Source: an uncultured Clostridia bacterium (GTDB taxonomy: Bacteria; Bacillota; DTU025; MWDF01). Taken from it: 54,326 nt of DNA. A model generated the notes under the pieces. That model searched no databases and was not told where the DNA came from. It worked only from the letters and a program-made list of their open reading frames with translations. The stretch covers positions 1-54,326 of the forward strand of contig CAZHKX010000002.1 in assembly GCA_964532805.1 (NCBI GenBank). Reading direction: 5' to 3'. The position numbers and the translations under genes are program-made. This document shows, piece by piece, positions 52,878 through 54,326 of this stretch; the first letter of the stretch is position 1; each line of letters starts with the position of its first letter.

Positions 52878-53348
52878 ATGAGAAGGTCAGTCCTAACGGC
52901 AATCCTTGCAGTCATGATCGTACTTATGGCAGCGTCCGCCTCGCTTGCGCAGCATCAGATCACGCTGGGCGCAAACGGAGGCTACACTTTCTCATGGGCG
53001 GAGCTCGAGCTTGAGTACAAGACGAACGACCTCGGTTTCGGCGCCCAGTTCGGCTTCGGATACGGCAGGGTTGAGATCGCCGGCTTCGGCAGGTATTACT
53101 TCCCGTTAAACGAGCTTGTGAACCTTGCGCCTGAGTATGAACTGAACCTTTACGCTGGCGTCACCCCGTCGGTGCTTCTTGACTTCATACCCAGCTTTGC
53201 GGCGGGCTTCGGCTTGAAGGTGGGCCCTGGCATTGACTTCAGGTGGGATCATCTTAGAATCGGAGCCGAGCTCGGCTACAGATTCGATACGATCTGGGGC
53301 ATCAGCCATGGCTTCTACACCAAGGCGGGCATCGGCTACAGGTTCTAG
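52878..53348 (+). CDS. Small beta-barrel outer-membrane-protein-like protein, paralog 2
   Basis: Signal peptide ...SASLAQ, ELELEYK, KVGPGIDFRW, C-terminal ...GIGYRF. Confidence 0.6.
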   Translation: MRRSVLTAILAVMIVLMAASASLAQHQITLGANGGYTFSWAELELEYKTNDLGFGAQFGFGYGRVEIAGFGRYYFPLNELVNLAPEYELNLYAGVTPSVLLDFIPSFAAGFGLKVGPGIDFRWDHLRIGAELGYRFDTIWGISHGFYTKAGIGYRF

Positions 53349-53415
53349 CATAGGCTATCGGGAGGGCGCGGGGCCGCAGGGTCTCCGCGCCTTACCATTA
53401 TAGTGGAGGTACGGC

Positions 53416-53856
53416 ATGAGAAAGACGCTTGTCCTGCTAATTGCAATCATGGCAGTCGCTTTGGCCTCTATAAGTGCATCCGCGGCTGTGCCCGGGGAGT
53501 TCACGCTGAGCCTGGGCGGAGGCTATCCCATAACCCTCGGAGAACTTGAACTTGAGTACAAGAACGGCCCTTGGGCTGGAGGCATCCACACCACTTTCGT
53601 GGGATCGGGCATAGAGATGGGTATGTTCGGCAGGTATTACGTGCCCCTTGGGAAAGGTTTCAGTTTCTATGCCGCGCTCAACCCATCGATGGTGATCACA
53701 TTCAACCAGGGCGTCAGAGGGATAATAAAGGCAGGGCCCGGCTTCGATTTCAGATGGCAGCATCTCAGGGTAGGAATCGAAGGCGGCATATTCTACATCT
53801 TCGGCGCGAGCACCCCGATGGGATACGGAAAGGTTAGCATAGGATATATATTCTAG
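53416..53856 (+). CDS. Small beta-barrel outer-membrane-protein-like protein, paralog 3
   Basis: Signal peptide ...SISASA, ELELEYK, KAGPGFDFRW, C-terminal ...SIGYIF. Confidence 0.6.
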   Translation: MRKTLVLLIAIMAVALASISASAAVPGEFTLSLGGGYPITLGELELEYKNGPWAGGIHTTFVGSGIEMGMFGRYYVPLGKGFSFYAALNPSMVITFNQGVRGIIKAGPGFDFRWQHLRVGIEGGIFYIFGASTPMGYGKVSIGYIF

Positions 53857-53897
53857 GTAATGGTCCGTACTGGATTGTTACACGGAAGTGAATGAGA

Positions 53898-53930
53898 AGT
53901 CCCGCCTCAGAAAGGGGCGGGACTTTGTTA
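53898..53930. terminator. Terminator hairpin between convergent genes
   Basis: AGTCCCGCC-9 nt-GGCGGGACT forms a 9-bp stem, followed by TTGTTAT. Confidence 0.6.
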
Positions 53931-53950
53931 TCTAACAGGTCTTGCCTGTT

Positions 53951-54325
53951 CTATGCCCTCCTCCAGAACGTAGCGCAACCCTTCTTGTCTTCGATGTTGA
54001 ACCGGATGATGCGCTCAAGAAGATCATAATCCACAGGCTTGGTCCATGGGATGCGGAACGTCATGGATCCGTGATCATAGCCGGATTTGACTATCTCCTC
54101 AGAGAAGCGGTCGATTCCCGCTTTCTCGGGCGTGACGGATAAGTGCTTCTTCGAAGTGCTGAAGCCGACGATGAATGTCCCGTGGTCAGTGAACATGGGC
54201 TGACTCCAGGCAATCTTCGGCGACAAGCCGGGGAAGCTGCGCTGAACCCATTCGAGGATCTCCTCTATTCGGGTTCTGTTGCCCCCATCTTCGATTTCGG
54301 CTAGTGGTTTAGCGAAGCTCTCCAC
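53951..54325 (-). CDS. DUF1801 / YdhG-like domain protein (N-terminus at the window edge, possibly incomplete)
   Basis: IEEILEWVQRSFPGLSPKIAWSQPMFTDHGTFIVGFSTSKKHLSV is typical of the family. The ORF runs to within 1 nt of the window end, and the first codon is GTG. Confidence 0.6.
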   Translation of the reverse strand: MESFAKPLAEIEDGGNRTRIEEILEWVQRSFPGLSPKIAWSQPMFTDHGTFIVGFSTSKKHLSVTPEKAGIDRFSEEIVKSGYDHGSMTFRIPWTKPVDYDLLERIIRFNIEDKKGCATFWRRA

Positions 54326-54326
54326 A

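Noticed and set aside
1-54326. CRISPR arrays, rRNA genes, IS elements or transposases, and toxin-antitoxin pairs
   Set aside because: No regularly spaced direct repeats, no rRNA-like conserved segments, and no transposase, integrase or TA-like small gene pairs were seen on either strand.

Overview
This 54.3-kb chromosomal window has roughly mid-50s % GC by eye, with codon usage rich in AGG, AAG and ATA. It reproduces the oriC-proximal housekeeping gene order of Bacillus/Clostridia. In order: yaaO-like decarboxylase, tmk, holB, PSP1/ricT, yabB-like MTase, abrB, metG, tatD, (glpX), yabE-like, rsmA ... ispE, GntR regulator, NTP-transferase, ridA/yabJ, spoVG, [insert], glmU, prs, pth, mfd, yabN/mazG ... 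divIC/ftsB, yabR-like S1 protein, DUF501. Several Bacillus genes of this region are absent: yabA, rsmI, rnmV, veg, ctc and spoVT.

Accessory blocks are interleaved with the core genes:
- two tandem E2-like acyltransferase paralogs next to an ECF S-component gene;
- a polar amino-acid ABC transporter;
- a PAP2 phosphatase;
- a PfkB kinase / beta-propeller membrane protein operon;
- an ABC-2 exporter;
- a DUF362 Fe-S protein;
- three tandem small beta-barrel OMP-like genes.

One tRNA-Gln(UUG) follows spoVG. A roughly 9.4-kb insert then breaks the otherwise conserved spoVG-glmU junction.

Most notable observations:
1. A 1057-aa single-polypeptide PLD(HKD) nuclease / SF2 helicase / DUF3427-like protein sits in that insert. 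It is a candidate uncharacterised nucleic-acid defence or restriction-like module.
2. A peroxiredoxin that the ORF track splits in two is really one gene. It has an in-frame UGA at the catalytic Cys position and a SECIS-like hairpin 11 nt downstream, so it is a selenoprotein.
3. A near-perfect Firmicute LexA (Cheo) box is embedded in a consensus promoter driving an uncharacterised 131-aa protein.
4. Both E2-like paralogs carry Asp in place of the catalytic His.
5. The OMP-like triplet hints at a diderm envelope.

No CRISPR array, rRNA, transposase or integrase was seen. All calls come from reading the sequence and remembered family motifs; no searches were run.
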